Part shown: piece by piece, positions 50,530-64,000 of the stretch
Numbering within the stretch: the stretch's first letter is position 1
How the letters are laid out: each line of letters opens with the position of its first letter
Origin: Octopus sinensis
Taxonomy: Eukaryota
Direction: 5' to 3'
DNA: 64,000 bases
NCBI RefSeq assembly: GCF_006345805.1
Contig: NC_043001.1
Span: 114,328,001-114,392,000 of the forward strand
The notes under the pieces: model-generated
Told to the model about the DNA's origin: nothing
What the model saw: the letters and a program-made list of their open reading frames with translations, nothing else
Databases searched by the model: none
Program-made: the position numbers and the translations under genes

Positions 50530-51455
50530 TTGCGCTACTTGAATAATGCGGTTTTTTATACTTGTTTTATTTTTCAAAATTAAGATAAACAAAGTTCTTT
50601 TCTAATCTAAAATATACTCTTCTTCATTTTCTACAATGCTCTTCCGTCTTTCTGGTAGACCTGCAAAGCCTCTCTTTCAAAATTCACTTATTCGTGATGA
50701 GAAATACTCCTCTAGTCCTAATTCTCATGTCTACGGAATTCACATTTTTTAGGTTCAAATGATTTGAAGACTGCAGAAAAAATGATAATCTGATGGAGCA
50801 ATGACCGGTGAATATGGTGGATGGGGCAGCATTTTTCCCTCAAACTGCCCCAGCCTTTCGAATGTCATCTCGTTGTATGTGGCCGAGTATTATACCGATG
50901 GAAGACCACATTTCATCTCGAAACCAAAGATGGTCGTTTTCCTTTTAACGCTGACTTAAGCCGCTCAAGCTGATCGCAGTACATCTCCTTTCTTATCGTT
51001 TTGTTTGAGTGTAAATGTTCAAAGTGGACTAACTTTTCATATCCACGAAACAAATAACAAAACTTTACGTGGGTAAAGACCTTCTTTGGCCTGTGGTGCC
51101 GGTGTTTCTCCTTTCCCTACCCATTGTCTTCGACGCTTGACATTTTTGTACGGAAACCATTACTCATCAACAGTCACTGTAATTCATTAATATTCCACTT
51201 AATTTTTGTTGCATCGTTGCATTTATTGAACTCATTAAGCAAAATATGCCGAATATGCTCGTTTGTCACTTCCGATATAGCTTGGCAAAAATAACTGTTA
51301 AAATGGAACTGCACACTTCAAAAGTTTCACTAAGAATAAGCACAAGGGAAAATTACTTCCTGCTTTTATAGCAAGTTGATGGAGGTAGTTTATCCCATCT
51401 GCTTCCGACTTTTAGTTCATGCTATTGAAAAACCACATTATTTATGTGATGACCC
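50530..51455 (-). mobile_element. internally deleted mariner (DD34D) transposon
   Basis: EVTNEHIRHIL start; TVDE*WFPYKNVKRRRQWVGKGE, NTRPH, LPHPPYSPVIAPSDYHFF; TIR TA|GGGTCATCACATAAATAATGTGGTTTT at 51428-51457, partial partner AATAATGCGGTTTTTT near 50542. Confidence 0.88.
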
Positions 51456-51470
51456 TATATATATATATAA

Positions 51471-51700
51471 AGACGGCGAGCTGGCAGAAACGCTAGCGCG
51501 CCGGGCGAAATGCTTAGCGGTATTTCGTCTACCGTTACGTTCTGAGTTCAAATTCCGCCGAGGTCGACTTTGCCTTTCATCCTTTCGGGGTCGCTAAATT
51601 AAGTACCATTTACGCACTGGGGTCGATACAATCGACTTAATCCGCTTGTCCGTCCTTGTTTGTCCTCTCCATGTTTAGCCCCTTGTGGGTAGTAAAGAAA
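51471..51700 (+). mobile_element. SINE D monomer (tail X), inserted in the TA run at the mariner end
   Basis: 21-bp direct repeat TATATATATATATAAAGACGG at 51456-51476 and 51701-51721. Confidence 0.92.
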
Positions 51701-52753
51701 TATATATATATATAAAGACGGAGGTAGATATTGACTGACATATATATATTAGACACAAACACCCATATAAATATGTGTTTGTGCGTTTGTGTCTGTGTGT
51801 GAGTGTGAGTGCGTGTGTGTGTGTGTGTTGTGTGTGTGTGTGTGTGTGTGTTTTGCAGACGCTGTCATTGAATTTAATTGCATTTCATTTTTCTGGGCGT
51901 ACCATACTTGTCTGCAATTCGATGCAAGAGAAAAGAAAATCTTATTTAGATGCATAATATACTTTACAACTTGTACTGAGTACTTTCTTGCTGTTTCAGT
52001 GTCATGCTAACACCTCTGAATGCATATGTATTCATTTTTGCACATTCACATGTATGCGATCGTGTGTATGTATGTGTTTGTGTGTGTGTGTGTGTGTGGC
52101 TGTTTGCTTGTTTGGGGTTCTGTGTGTGGGTATAATAATCTACTTTAGGTTGCATGCATGTGTGTATGAGGGAATGCTATTAAAGAAGAATCATATCATG
52201 CCCTTACATACACACTCACAGAATCTCACATACCTATATACATTCACTTACACACGCACATACACACGTCCCCACCACTGCTTCCACGAAATATACACGC
52301 TCTCAATATGTTAGTGCATCTGTGTACACAAATGCATGGTAAAACGAACGAGGAAAATATAACTGGAATGTAGTAGCATTAAAACTGAGGAGCGAGCTGA
52401 GCAAATATTTAGAAACAATTCAAGCCGTGGTGTAAATATGATATGAAATAAATGGACAGTGAAATGTAAAAAGAATTGCCGAAAGATAATGCAAAAAATA
52501 ATGAAGTAAACAAACAAGTGTATAAACAAAAATACTTGGAAGACACAGATTGATAGATTGCTTTGTAATACGAAGCTGTGTGGTTGTAGATATGTAAACA
52601 GTCGTGAAGTGAACGATGGAGACGACGGAGAGGGAAAGATGGACATATCTGTCTGTCTTATTCCGTTACTTCCTCTTACTTCCTCTCCTTCACTACCTCA
52701 CTCTCCCTTTTTCCCTTATATGTGTTTGGTTGTGTGCGTAAGTGTGTAATAGT

Positions 52754-53350
<597 letters not shown>

Positions 53351-53872
53351 TATAGGAATAATTTTATGATTCTGCTTTAGAATTCCAAATCCGTACATAT
53401 TCTCTGCGGGATGAAATTTGGATTAGCGAAGTCCAAAAGGTCTTACCTACAGACTTCTTCGCACATTCCTGGAAACGGCCGTAAGACTCTTTGTATTTTT
53501 CTATTGGATTCATTTGAGCTGTTATCTCATCAGCTTGGACTTCTTAATTTATCTGTATGTATTTATGCAATTACTTATCCGACTTTGATTTGGGTGAGGA
53601 ATTACACTATTATATGTATATGTATTTTTTTATATGTTATATGTTCACATACTTATAATGGCTTATATATGCACGCTGTGTTTAGATATGTTTTCGCTTT
53701 TTATCCGGAGTATTATTGACCTTAGAACTTGTCTCTTTCAAATTTATATTTTAATCTAATCGCTCAATAAATTGAGCCCTACTCCGTTGTTTCTTGAAAG
53801 AGTTCACCTCTATAATTTTTCTTTACCTCTCTCTATATTTGTGTGCGTGTGTGTGTTTGTGTGTGTGTGTGT

Positions 53873-53903
<31 letters not shown>

Positions 53904-53908
53904 TGTGT

Positions 53909-53946
<38 letters not shown>

Positions 53947-54627
53947 GTAAAGAAAAATTATAGAGCCGAACTATTTTTACGATAGAATCTCATGCAAATT
54001 TTTGCTTATCCTTTGTCAGACGATGCCGTCCGCAACAGATAGGCATTTTCATCGGAACAGATTTGCGCAATTTTTTGCAAATAAAAAAAACTCCCTTGGA
54101 GATTTTTTTTGTCTTTTTCAATTATTTACATGTCATTTCGACTGTTTCATATGACTTTCTTCGTTAAAACTTATTAAAACTTCAAAAGTTCTTATAGCTT
54201 TGGTCGTCATAATTCTTTGCTTACGTTTGTTTAATAAAAATTCCTCTTCGTCGTGAGATTGCTTTCATTTTGCGATAGACAGCTTTCATGCAGAAAATGC
54301 CAGCTTCCAAAACTTATTTCCTGATTTGGTAAAACTGATTAAAATTTAAATCTCAGTACCATTTTCTGCAATTTTTCAGGAACAAATAAATGACAAACTC
54401 GGATTTAACGTGGAAAATTATGTCAACATACCAAATTTGAAAAATTTTACGTAATTTTAAGATTTCACAATACGTAACAGCAACAGGGAAGACCCTACAA
54501 AATTAGAAAGACAGGTAGTTATAGCACGATGCGCGTGCGACAAGGCTGATACGTACGCTAATTTACAAACGTACAGGCAGGCAATAGCGAGTTTAAAATG
54601 GTGTACAGTAGACATGTGCATGCATCT

Positions 54628-54767
54628 GTGGAAGCACTCTGTCGGTTACGACGACGAGGGTTCCGGTTGATCCGATCAACGGAACAGCCTGCTCGTGAAA
54701 TTAACGTGTAAGTGGCTGAGCACTCCACAGACACGTGTACCCTCAACGTAGTTCTCGGGGATATTCA
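54628..54767 (-). mobile_element. SINE B 3' fragment
   Basis: Nearly identical to 41049-41185. Confidence 0.85.
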
Positions 54768-55068
54768 TATATATATGTATATATATGGATATGCATAATT
54801 TAAAAATTGTGTGTGCATATATGCATAATTGTGCAGATTAACATTGTCAAATACACAGGACGAGTATGAGTTCGTTAGTTGGTGGTCGAAACGGATTAAA
54901 TACAGTGGGCTGGATGAAGATGTGATATATGATAGTTGAGTCAATCCATTTTAGTCTTTATTTATTTTTTATCATTTAGTTAGCATAATCAATCTTGAAA
55001 ATAGCTGGCTATTTTGATAGTAGCAAGGAAAATGATGATAAAATATAGTTATTATTGTTGATGATGTC

Positions 55069-55650
55069 AAGACGGCGAGCTGGCAGAAACTTTAGCACGA
55101 CGGACGAAATGCGTAGCCGTATTTCGTCTGCCGCTACGTTCTGAGTTCAAATTCTGCCGAGATCCACTTTGCCTTTCATCCTTTCGGGGGTCGATTAAAT
55201 AAGTACCAGTTACGCACTGGGGTCGATATAATCGACTTAATCCGTTTGTCTGTCCGTGTTTGTCCACTCTGTGTTTAGCCCCTTGTGGGTAATAAAGAAA
55301 TAGGTATTTCGTCTGCCGCTATGTTCTGAGTTCAAATTCCGCCGAGATCCACTTTGCCTTTCATCCTTTCGGGGTCGATTAAATAAGTACCAGTTACGCA
55401 CTGGGTTCGATATAATCGACTTAATCCGTTTGTTTGTCCTTGTTTGTCCTCTCTGTATTTAGCCCCTTGTGGGTAGTAACGAAATAGGTATTCCGTCTGT
55501 CTTCGTGTTCTGAGTTCAAATACAGCCGGGCTCAACTTTGCTTTTAATTCTTTCGGGGTCGATAAATTAAGTACCAGTTACGCACAAGAGTCGATGTAAT
55601 TCACTGGTTCCCTCCTCCAACTTCGGGCTTTGTGCCTTCTGGAGAAAAAT
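55069..55650 (+). mobile_element. SINE D trimer (tail X, tail X, tail Y)
   Basis: About 184-bp units joined at GAAATA|GGTATT (after 55302 and 55486). Confidence 0.88.
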
Positions 55651-55852
55651 TATTGTTGTTGTTCTTGACGTTGGATTTAATAAGGCTAATAATTGCTTCA
55701 AATATTGGCAAATTTTACGGGCGAGCGTTTCTCGATTTCATCCACATCAGTACATAACTATCCCATTATTATTGCAATCCCGAAAGTAAAAGCGGCAAAG
55801 AAGGGATAGATATAGATCCGACGGGAAGAAAAATCTGCCACTCCACCACCTT

Positions 55853-56253
55853 CTTTTACTTGTTTCAGTCATTTGAATGTGGCCATGCTGGAGCACCACC
55901 TTTTAGTCGAACACCAGAGGACTCATACTTTGTAAGCCTAGTACTTATTCTACCGGTCTCTTTTGCCAAACTGCTAAGTTACGGGGACGTAAACACACAG
56001 GCATCGGCTGTCAAGCGCTATTGGGGGGACAAACACAGACACACAAACATATACAGACACACATACATACATACATATATATATATATTATATACGACGG
56101 GCTTCTTTCAGATTCCGTCTACCAAATCCACTCACAAGGCTTTGGTTGGCCCGAGGCTATAGTAGAAGAAGACATTTGCCCAAGATACCACTCAATGGGA
56201 CTGAACCCGGAACCATGTAGTTCGTAAGCAAGTTACTTACCACACGGCCACTC
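55853..56253 (-). mobile_element. SINE family E, near full length
   Basis: Colinear with 59855-60273. Confidence 0.88.
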
Positions 56254-56289
56254 CTAATGATAATAATACAAATATTAATATTTTCAAAT

Positions 56290-56537
56290 TTTGGCACACG
56301 GACAAATTCCGGTGGAGGGATTAAATTTATTACATCGCCCTGCGTACGCAACTGGTGCTTACTTTTATCAACCGCGAAAGGATGAAAGGCAAAGTCGACC
56401 TCGGCGATATTTGAATTCAGAACGTAAAATCGGACGAAATGCGGCTAATCATTTTGTCCGGCGTGCTCACGATTCTGCCAGCTCGCCGTGACTTTGATGG
56501 CTTGCTTTACTCTCTAACCCAACAATGATGAGGATCG

Positions 56538-56579
<42 letters not shown>

Positions 56580-56825
56580 CAAATTTTGATGAAAGGGATA
56601 AGTTGATTACATCGACCCCAGATTTCAACTGCAAAGACAGTGATTTAGGGGGAGAAAATGAGTTGATTACATCTACACCTGTGTTCAACTAGTACTTATG
56701 CTATCGACCTAGAAAAGATGAAAGAAAAAGTCAACCTCAGCGGAAATTGAAATCAGAACTGAGTGACAGACGACATGCCGCTAATCATTTCACTAGGTGT
56801 TCAACGATTCGACCAAATCGCCGCT
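56290..56825 (-). mobile_element. two degenerate SINE D copies separated by (ATG)n
   Basis: 56290-56488 and about 56580-56825 match the reverse complement of D. Confidence 0.7.
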
Positions 56826-56934
56826 GGCCTACCATAATTATAATTATAATTATAATGATGATGATGATAATAAAATGTACCAGTTGAACAACGGGGTCGA
56901 TGTAATCAGCTCATTAGCTCCCGCTGAGTATGAC

Positions 56935-59000
56935 ATGCGCTGACAGTCGAAAAGCTTACGATATAATACCACACCCCTGAATAACAAGAATCATGGAAAT
57001 GATTGGAGTACCAGAAAACATGAGAAGCCTTATATGGAACAGTATGAAATGATGGAGAATGGAATTGACAGCAGGGAATAAGTATTAGGGGCGGTGAGAA
57101 TCGGGAGAGGAATCCTACCAGGAGGACAGTATCCCCACTGATTTTGTGCCGGGAATGATCCCGTTGTGTGAAATATTACAGAAAACACATTTGAGGTATG
57201 ACCTCGCAAGAGATAAGGAAAAACTCTAGCACTTGCTGTTCATGAACGACTTGAAGTTGTTCACAGAAAGTGAGGCAGAAATGAAAAGCCTTGTCCAGAA
57301 TGTGCGGATTTTCTTCAATGATATTAATATGGAGCTTGGGCTCTCAAAATGCGCTACGATTGTGATAAGACGAGGAAAGCTTGCCAGAACAGAAGGCATA
57401 GATTTGCCAAGTGGTGAGATGATGAAAGCAATTCAACCTCAAACAAGTTATAAATACCTGGGAATCATCATCATCATTGTTCGACCGTGGTCGAGACAAT
57501 GGAATTTACCATGCTACGCCAGACTTCACGGTCCATCATGGCACTACGGAGGTCCTGTTGCTGGATGCCTGTATCCCTGGAGATTACATCAGGGTAGGAG
57601 AGTGTGCGCCCTCTGGTATTGCGAGTAGATGGCTTCCAGAGGAGAAGAGTAGAAATTACTTCTTATTACCTGGGAATACACGAGGCAGATGAAATTAAAC
57701 ATAACGACATGAAGGGAAAAAACAAAAAGAGAGTTCAAGTGGCGAGTGAGGAAAATACTGGCTTCAAAGCTTAATGCTAGAAACATAATTTCAGCAACAA
57801 ACATACGCGCAGTCACAGTAGTTCGGTATGGCGCTGGAATCCTGAAGTGGACAGAGGAGGAGCTAAAGAAAACGGACATGATGTCAAGAAATTTCCTATC
57901 TATGCATGGAGCCCATCATCCACGTGCAGTCACTGATCGCCTATATATGAAAACAGCAACTTGAGGAAGAGGGTTTATAATTGTGGACGACTGCACGTAT
58001 CGAGCTCCAGATCTTAATGAGATACCTAAACCAAAGTAAGGAAATCTTCGTAGTGACAGTTAGGAACGAGGGAGTATTGAATGCAGAGTAAAAAGGAAAA
58101 CAAAGGAAGAAGTACAAAAAGGAACATACAGAAATTTTACGCAGCAAGGGACTACACAATCAGTTCTGTGTAGCCACAACTGAATTTGCTGGAAAAATAA
58201 GTGGGATTAGCTGAAGAAAGGAACACTGAAATAAGAGACCGGTAGCACTATGCTGACAGTGCAAGACCAAGCTTTGGCCACGAACTGGAAGGTCAACTTG
58301 AAGATTAGCAAGTGTCTCCGCTGTGCCGCATCTGTAACAGAGTGGGTGAAACCATTTCCCATATCACAAACGAAGGCCCTAGACTTACCTAAAACTACTA
58401 CAAGTTGTAGCGAGCGACATGATCAGGTAACGAAACTGCTAAATTGGGAACTGTGCGAAAAGTAGGGGCTAGCCAGAGGCAAGACGTGGTATGCGCAAAA
58501 ACCTCAAAGAGAGGTGGTGTCAGAGACTAGCAAAATCCTCTGGGATTTCCCAATCCAAACAGATCAGGTGCTAGAGCATAACTGACTGAACCTAGTGTTT
58601 GTAGACCAGATGCACCACATGTGCTGTACAGTTGATGTTGCATACTTCTTTGACCCACGAACAGCCAAGAAGGAGGTCGAAAATATAGATAAATACCACC
58701 CTCTTAAGTACGAAATAGCCCGGCTATGGAAAATAAAGGTGAAAATAATGCCAATTATAGTTGGGCCCTTGAGAACAGTATGACAAGGCATCAAGAGGAA
58801 TATCAAGCAGATTGGAATATAGTGCCAAGTAGAACTATTACAAAAGTTTAGCCAACTTGACAGGGCCAGAATAATCAGGAAAGCATTAGTTAGCTGAAAA
58901 GACTGAATATCATGGTTCCGTAGGCTTCAGGTAGCAAGCCCACCAAGCATGTAAGACTCCAAGAGTTCCAAAAAAAACTTCTGATAAAAAGAAATAGCAA
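56935..59000 (+). mobile_element. 5'-truncated Dong/R4-clade LINE (RT + REL), degenerate
   Basis: KAYDIIPH, LLFMNDLKL, GLSKCA, YKYLG, SKLNARNIISATN..VRYGAG, DRLY, KILWDFPIQTD, VDVAYFFD, KY..LKYEIARLW; AAT-rich 3' flank. Confidence 0.9.
57466..57666 (-). mobile_element. 201-bp 3' end of an RTE/RTE-X-like LINE nested in the Dong element
   Basis: 11-bp TSD TACCTGGGAAT (57455-57465, 57667-57677); open frame EVISTLLLWKPSTRNTRGRTLSYPDVISRDTG..MMDREVWRSMV..EQ ending in (TGA)n. Confidence 0.85.
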
Positions 59001-59854
59001 CAACAGCAATAATAACAAAATTAATAATAATAAGAACAATAATGGTTATGGATTTTGGGTCATGACCATCAGTTTTGTTCTTTGTGAGTTAATGGAGAAA
59101 GTATTGAATCCAGTACCTGACTAGCACCTTATATTATCGACCTCGGATGATTGTTAACCTCAGGCGTATGTGAACTTAGAACGTGGAGAACTTTAACTAA
59201 TGCCACAAGACATATTGTCCATCGCTCTCTCCAACCATTGCAGCACTCATTAATTTCTAATTTAAATTTCAGGTATCAGGTTTTAACTTATGACATCGAC
59301 TTTTGTAATTGCATGGCTCCTCATTTCATGAAACCCGGAAGGATAAATGTCAAACTATCATCGACGTTGTCATCGAAGACTATCGTCTCTATCTTGTTGC
59401 TAAAGAGAAGTTGAACACACTACAGCTCAAAAGGAGCAAATATCCACTTGGAATTGAATATTCTTTGCACTAACCTGCACGTCAAAAGTGAAAGTTACTT
59501 CGATTGTCAAGACATACCTTCTCTAGCTTTATCACTAATGATCCCCTGCATATTTGAAATATCCCGGTAAGCTCAGTTTTCATCTTAAGCATCGAAGAAT
59601 TTTTCAAGACACACACACACTACCCCTGAATTTATATTTCCTTCCAGCTACAAAATCGTCCCACTAACTAATGCCTTTACAGTCATGTTTATTATACGCT
59701 GACCTCACTAACTTAATTTTATCGTTGATGTCCACCTATGCGAAACTGTTGTCTATAACTGCCCACATCTATTCTGTTAATCCACTGTCTGTGTGGTTTT
59801 TCTATGTTGTAAATGATGCGTTCAGCACTTCCAGAGGCTGTTTCATGCCTTTCT

Positions 59855-60273
59855 TCTAGTTTTACTCTTTTACTCTCTTTTTTTTTACTTGTTTCAGTCA
59901 TTTGACTGCGGCCATGCTGGAGCACCGCCTTTAATCGAGCAACTCGACCCCGGGACTTATTCTTTTGTAAGCCCAGTACTTATTCTATCGGTCTCTTTTG
60001 CCGAACCGCTAAGTGACGAGGACGTAAACACACCAGCACCGGTTGTCAAGCAATGCTAGGGAGACAAACACAGACACACAAACACACACACACATATATA
60101 TATATACATATATACGACAGGCTTCTTTCAGTTTCCGTCTACCAAATCCACTCACAAGGCATTGGTCGGCCCGGGGCTATAGCAGAAGACACTTGCCCAA
60201 GATGCCACGCAGTGGGACTGAACCCAGAACCATGTGGTTGGTTAGCAAGCCACTTACCACACAGCCACTCCTG
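59855..60273 (-). mobile_element. SINE family E, full length
   Basis: Head GCAGGAGTGGCTGTGTGGTAAG; tail GAAACAAGTAAAA(GAGTAAAA). Confidence 0.9.
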
Positions 60274-61169
60274 CAATATAAATTCTAAACTGAAAAATGC
60301 TTAAGGAGAGCAAGAACAATATAAACATGCAATAGTTGAAAATGTGTTGTTAGAAAGACATTGTAAATAATGAAGTAGAGACATCTTGAGAGATTCACTT
60401 AAACTGGGTGACATGTGAAATGTCACACGAGTATAGGAATATTTTCTTGGTGTGGGTTTCCAAATTGTTTCTGTCTTCGAAATTTCTCAAAGTGGTGGTC
60501 AACCGAGGGTTATGATGGAAGAAGTTCATCAGACAGTAAGATCGATTCTCGAAACCATAGCATTGCCTATTTCATGTTGTAAACAGTAATTTTATACTTG
60601 ACACACATTAAATACATTGTCGTTACCAAAATTTGATGTTTGAGCTTTGAAGTTTGACAATTAATTTAACCTTCTGTATAGTGTGCAAGATTACCAAAAT
60701 AATTAGTGTCATTTATTGTCTTAATTCCTCACGTAAGGGAATTTTTGCCGGGGGGGGGGACAATTAAGTTCGTTCCACAATTGTCTGACAACTTGGAAAA
60801 ATATATTCTATAAATTCAGTCGAGTGAATCCAGGCATCGTGAAAAAAATTTAGCAAATGGTAATTGTAAGGAAGCCTGTGGAGTATATTATACTCCCAAT
60901 TCTACAACCATCTCACACGATGAGTTGGATCGGTTTCTGTTTTAATATTATGTAACAATATGTGTGAGCGGAATGTGCAGACTTTTTATTTGTTAATGCA
61001 GGAGAAGGTTCTTTGGCTGATTCAACAACCGATCCCTTATCTTTGAACACACGACCCTCTATTATTCTTAATTGTACAGGATGTTGATAAGGTTGTGATC
61101 TATATCTAATGTGTAGACACTAGGATGAAACTTCCACATTAACTTTGAACATATTAAACATATTTCACA

Positions 61170-61322
61170 GGACGGCGTTCTGGCAGAATCGTAAGCGCGA
61201 CGAACAAAATGCTTTGCAGCATTTCGTCCATCATCTCGTTCTGAGTTCAAATTCTGCCGCGGTTGAGTTAGCATTTCATCGTTTCGGATTCGTTCAGCCC
61301 AGGGGCCGATGAAATTAACTAA
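61170..61322 (+). mobile_element. SINE D, degenerate
   Basis: GGCGTTCTGGCAGAATCG..GAGTTCAAATTCTGCC. Confidence 0.65.
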
Positions 61323-63312
61323 CACCTCCTCCCGCGTAGAAAAAATATGAATATTTCATACACATTTATCTTTGTGTTTGCAAACAAAATAGTTATGGTA
61401 ATTTACTACAATATGCATTATGGATCGATCTAGTCGTTCTCATTCGCCAAAGGAGCGTCCCCCTTAATTTTGCTCAGATTGCTTTCAATTTTGGTGTATC
61501 GATGCAAATCTGAATTTTGATTACGATCAACCAATTGCTTTATCTCATAAATTAAAGAATCTGATGTTATTTGGAATTAAAGTTAGGAAATTTGGGTAAT
61601 TTTTGCCAATCAACAGTGTGGCATTAGCAACTTGTTACCATGACAACCGTACGCTGTGTTATAGTTCACTGTTGTTTGTCTTTATTTTTCACATTTGCTG
61701 CTTCACACCACGAGATTCTTTTCACCCGCGTGTTTTGTTTTAATTTTTCTGTGTGTTAGTATATTACATATTTTTCTTTTCACATATTTTTGGGACTCAT
61801 TGACTCAGATAGCTGGATTTATGATTTCACTAGGTTGATTCTATTCATAAACATTTTAATTAGGAGTAGGGATACCGTGGAACAGAGAAACTGGGGATGA
61901 TACAGATAATATGACATTATTTTTTAATTCTACGTGCAAAAACATATAAGATACAGGTATTCTTTTCCTTGGGAGAAATTCTTTGTTGACCAGTGTTATT
62001 CTTATCGTAGTTTACAAACCCAAACATGAAAACATTACTGAACTTTGGAACTTTGAAAACAGACGCCCATTTTTCACACACACATGCACTTATATATTAC
62101 ACAAATATATATATGTACACAAATACATGATAGGTATAAATGATACTGAAATACGCATAAGGTAAACACATACAGATAAATATAATAATATAACAACATT
62201 TTTTTAAATGATAAAAAAAATACAACCAATGAAGAGAAAAAAGAAACAGTAAGATGTTACGTGATGATTTTACTAGATATTTCTGTTCTTTTTTAGAAAC
62301 CTACAATGAACAGTTTAGATGCTATACCATAAATTTTACAAGGAACAACCTTAAAGTTGACACCGCTTCGCTAAACGCAGAAAATTTCTGTCCCGCTTTT
62401 GGCTAAAGTTACTTAATTTTTTCGATTTTTAAACCACTGTAACGTTTTTCTCCAATTGTTTTCTTCACAACATCATACCTTCAAAGCAATGAGACTGGAA
62501 GGCTACGTTATTATAGCTGATTATCAGATTTTTTTACTTCTTTTAAACAAGTGCATATTTTGCGAATATAAAAAAAACTAGATCCTGCAATATATTTTCC
62601 AATGTTTTCACTTTCTGACACAAACGAACATCACTTCTAGGTAGACTAATACTAATTTGCTACAAGTTATGCAGACATACGTGCCAACATGTTCATATAC
62701 ATACATGTTTACATATATGTATAAATATATATATATATATAATAAAAAGGTAAAATCAATAATAATTTTACCAGGTAGTCAGTGCGGAAATAAAAGCCTC
62801 ATAGGTAAATTTTACAAAATATTTTATAATTATGTACATAATTATAACAAGGCATCGGCTTTAGGTCTCACCACGTACTGCAAGAAATAAACGCTATAGT
62901 TTCTATTGCCACCTTAATATCTCCGAGAATAACAAGCAAAAGAAAATGAGGCGTAAAACCGATCCCTTATTATAATTATGCATATAATTATAAAATTTTT
63001 TGTAAAATTTACCTTTGAGGTTTTTAATTACGCATTCACTATCTGATAAAATTATTATTGAATTTACTATTTTATTATAATTAATATTTGAATAAATTTA
63101 CTACATGATCAAAATTGTATTTACAGCGGTCTAGACCTTAACACACTACACTTGGGTACACAACAGGAATGTGAATTATACTTGGCAGTATATTTTTGCG
63201 ACTGTAGATGGATATTGGTCATGCGATGTCGCCGATCGCATGCATATTTTGAGATACTCGTAAATTTATCTTTTGGAATACTGTACTGATGAGAGCAGTA
63301 GGGAAAATATAA

Positions 63313-63698
63313 GTGGAGGCGCAATGACCCAGTGGTTAGGGCAGCGGACTCGCGGTCATAGGATCGCGGTTTCGATTCCCAGACCCGGCGTTGTGAGTGT
63401 TTATTGAGCGAAAACACCTAAAAGCTCCACGAGGCTCCGGTAGGGGATGGTGGTGAACCCTGCTGTACTCTTTCACCACAACTTTCTCTCACTCTTACTT
63501 CCTGTTTCTGTTGTACCTGTATTTCAAGGGGCCGGCCTTGTCACTCTCTGTGTCACACTGAATATCCCCGAGAACTACGTTAAGCGTGCACGTGTCTGTG
63601 AAGTGCTCAGCCACTTGCACGTTAATTTCACGAGCAGGCTGTTCCGTTGATTCGGATCAACCGGAACCCTCATCGTCGTAACCGACGGAGTGCTTCCA
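63313..63698 (+). mobile_element. SINE family B, full length
   Basis: Near-identical to 23937-24321. Confidence 0.9.
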
Positions 63699-64000
63699 TC
63701 ATATATTAATACATCTGTCCATAACTAATAGTACAGTTTCCATAATAGGCAACACAAAGCAAACTAGGAATCTGCATATGGCCACACAACCTCCTCGGGA
63801 TATCAGAAAATATTCATAACAATATAAACTTAAACACGGTAAGAATACGTTAGATAATAATACACATTCAAATGTAATGCTTATGACTGGAATATCTGTT
63901 TTCATTTGCGTGTGCCATTCAAAACTTACCTGGCTTTAGACAACAGCAACAGTAAGAACCAATGCTACCTCGAAATATCAGTCATTATTACGTGTATGAT

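Noticed and set aside
60460-60535. Minus-strand CTGATGA with downstream GAAAC
   Set aside because: Stem not adjacent to GAAA, no valid helix I or cleavage triplet
61634-61647. RFX X-box-like GTTACCATGACAAC
   Set aside because: One mismatch, probably within a repeat remnant; no supporting context
63286-63306. CTGATGAG...GGAAA
   Set aside because: No helix II, I or III pairing

Overview
AT-rich, repeat-dense animal genomic DNA, most likely intron or intergenic sequence. The SINE families and TA/ATT microsatellite load look like Octopus, which is my inference and not checked. No host gene can be named. Nearly all listed poly-I/Y/L/CV ORFs are microsatellite artefacts. The window holds one near-complete, GC-rich CR1/Jockey-group LINE (about 10.2-14.87 kb): ORF1 is intact with a 97-aa internal duplication, ORF2 has four frameshifts and no in-frame stops, and it ends in a 3' stem-loop and (TAAC)n tail. 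Decayed fragments of other non-LTR clades are also present: RTE, RTE-X-like, Tx1/L1 (2), Dong/R4 (3) and Penelope-like GIY-YIG. There is a Tc1 and a mariner fossil, and about 25 tRNA-derived SINE copies in five local families (my labels A-E) that share modules. The most interesting signals are: (i) several different minimal type I hammerhead-ribozyme motifs in short (TA)n-embedded Penelope-derived elements, one with a perfect core and an enlarged branched helix II and others with core variants; (ii) the compositionally foreign young CR1 (horizontal-transfer candidate); (iii) the same tail-to-tail Tx1/Dong pairing at two loci; (iv) SINE module shuffling and multimers with an identical junction; (v) a phase-compatible chain of unassigned minus-strand candidate exons. 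Coordinates were read by eye and the ends of degenerate elements are approximate.
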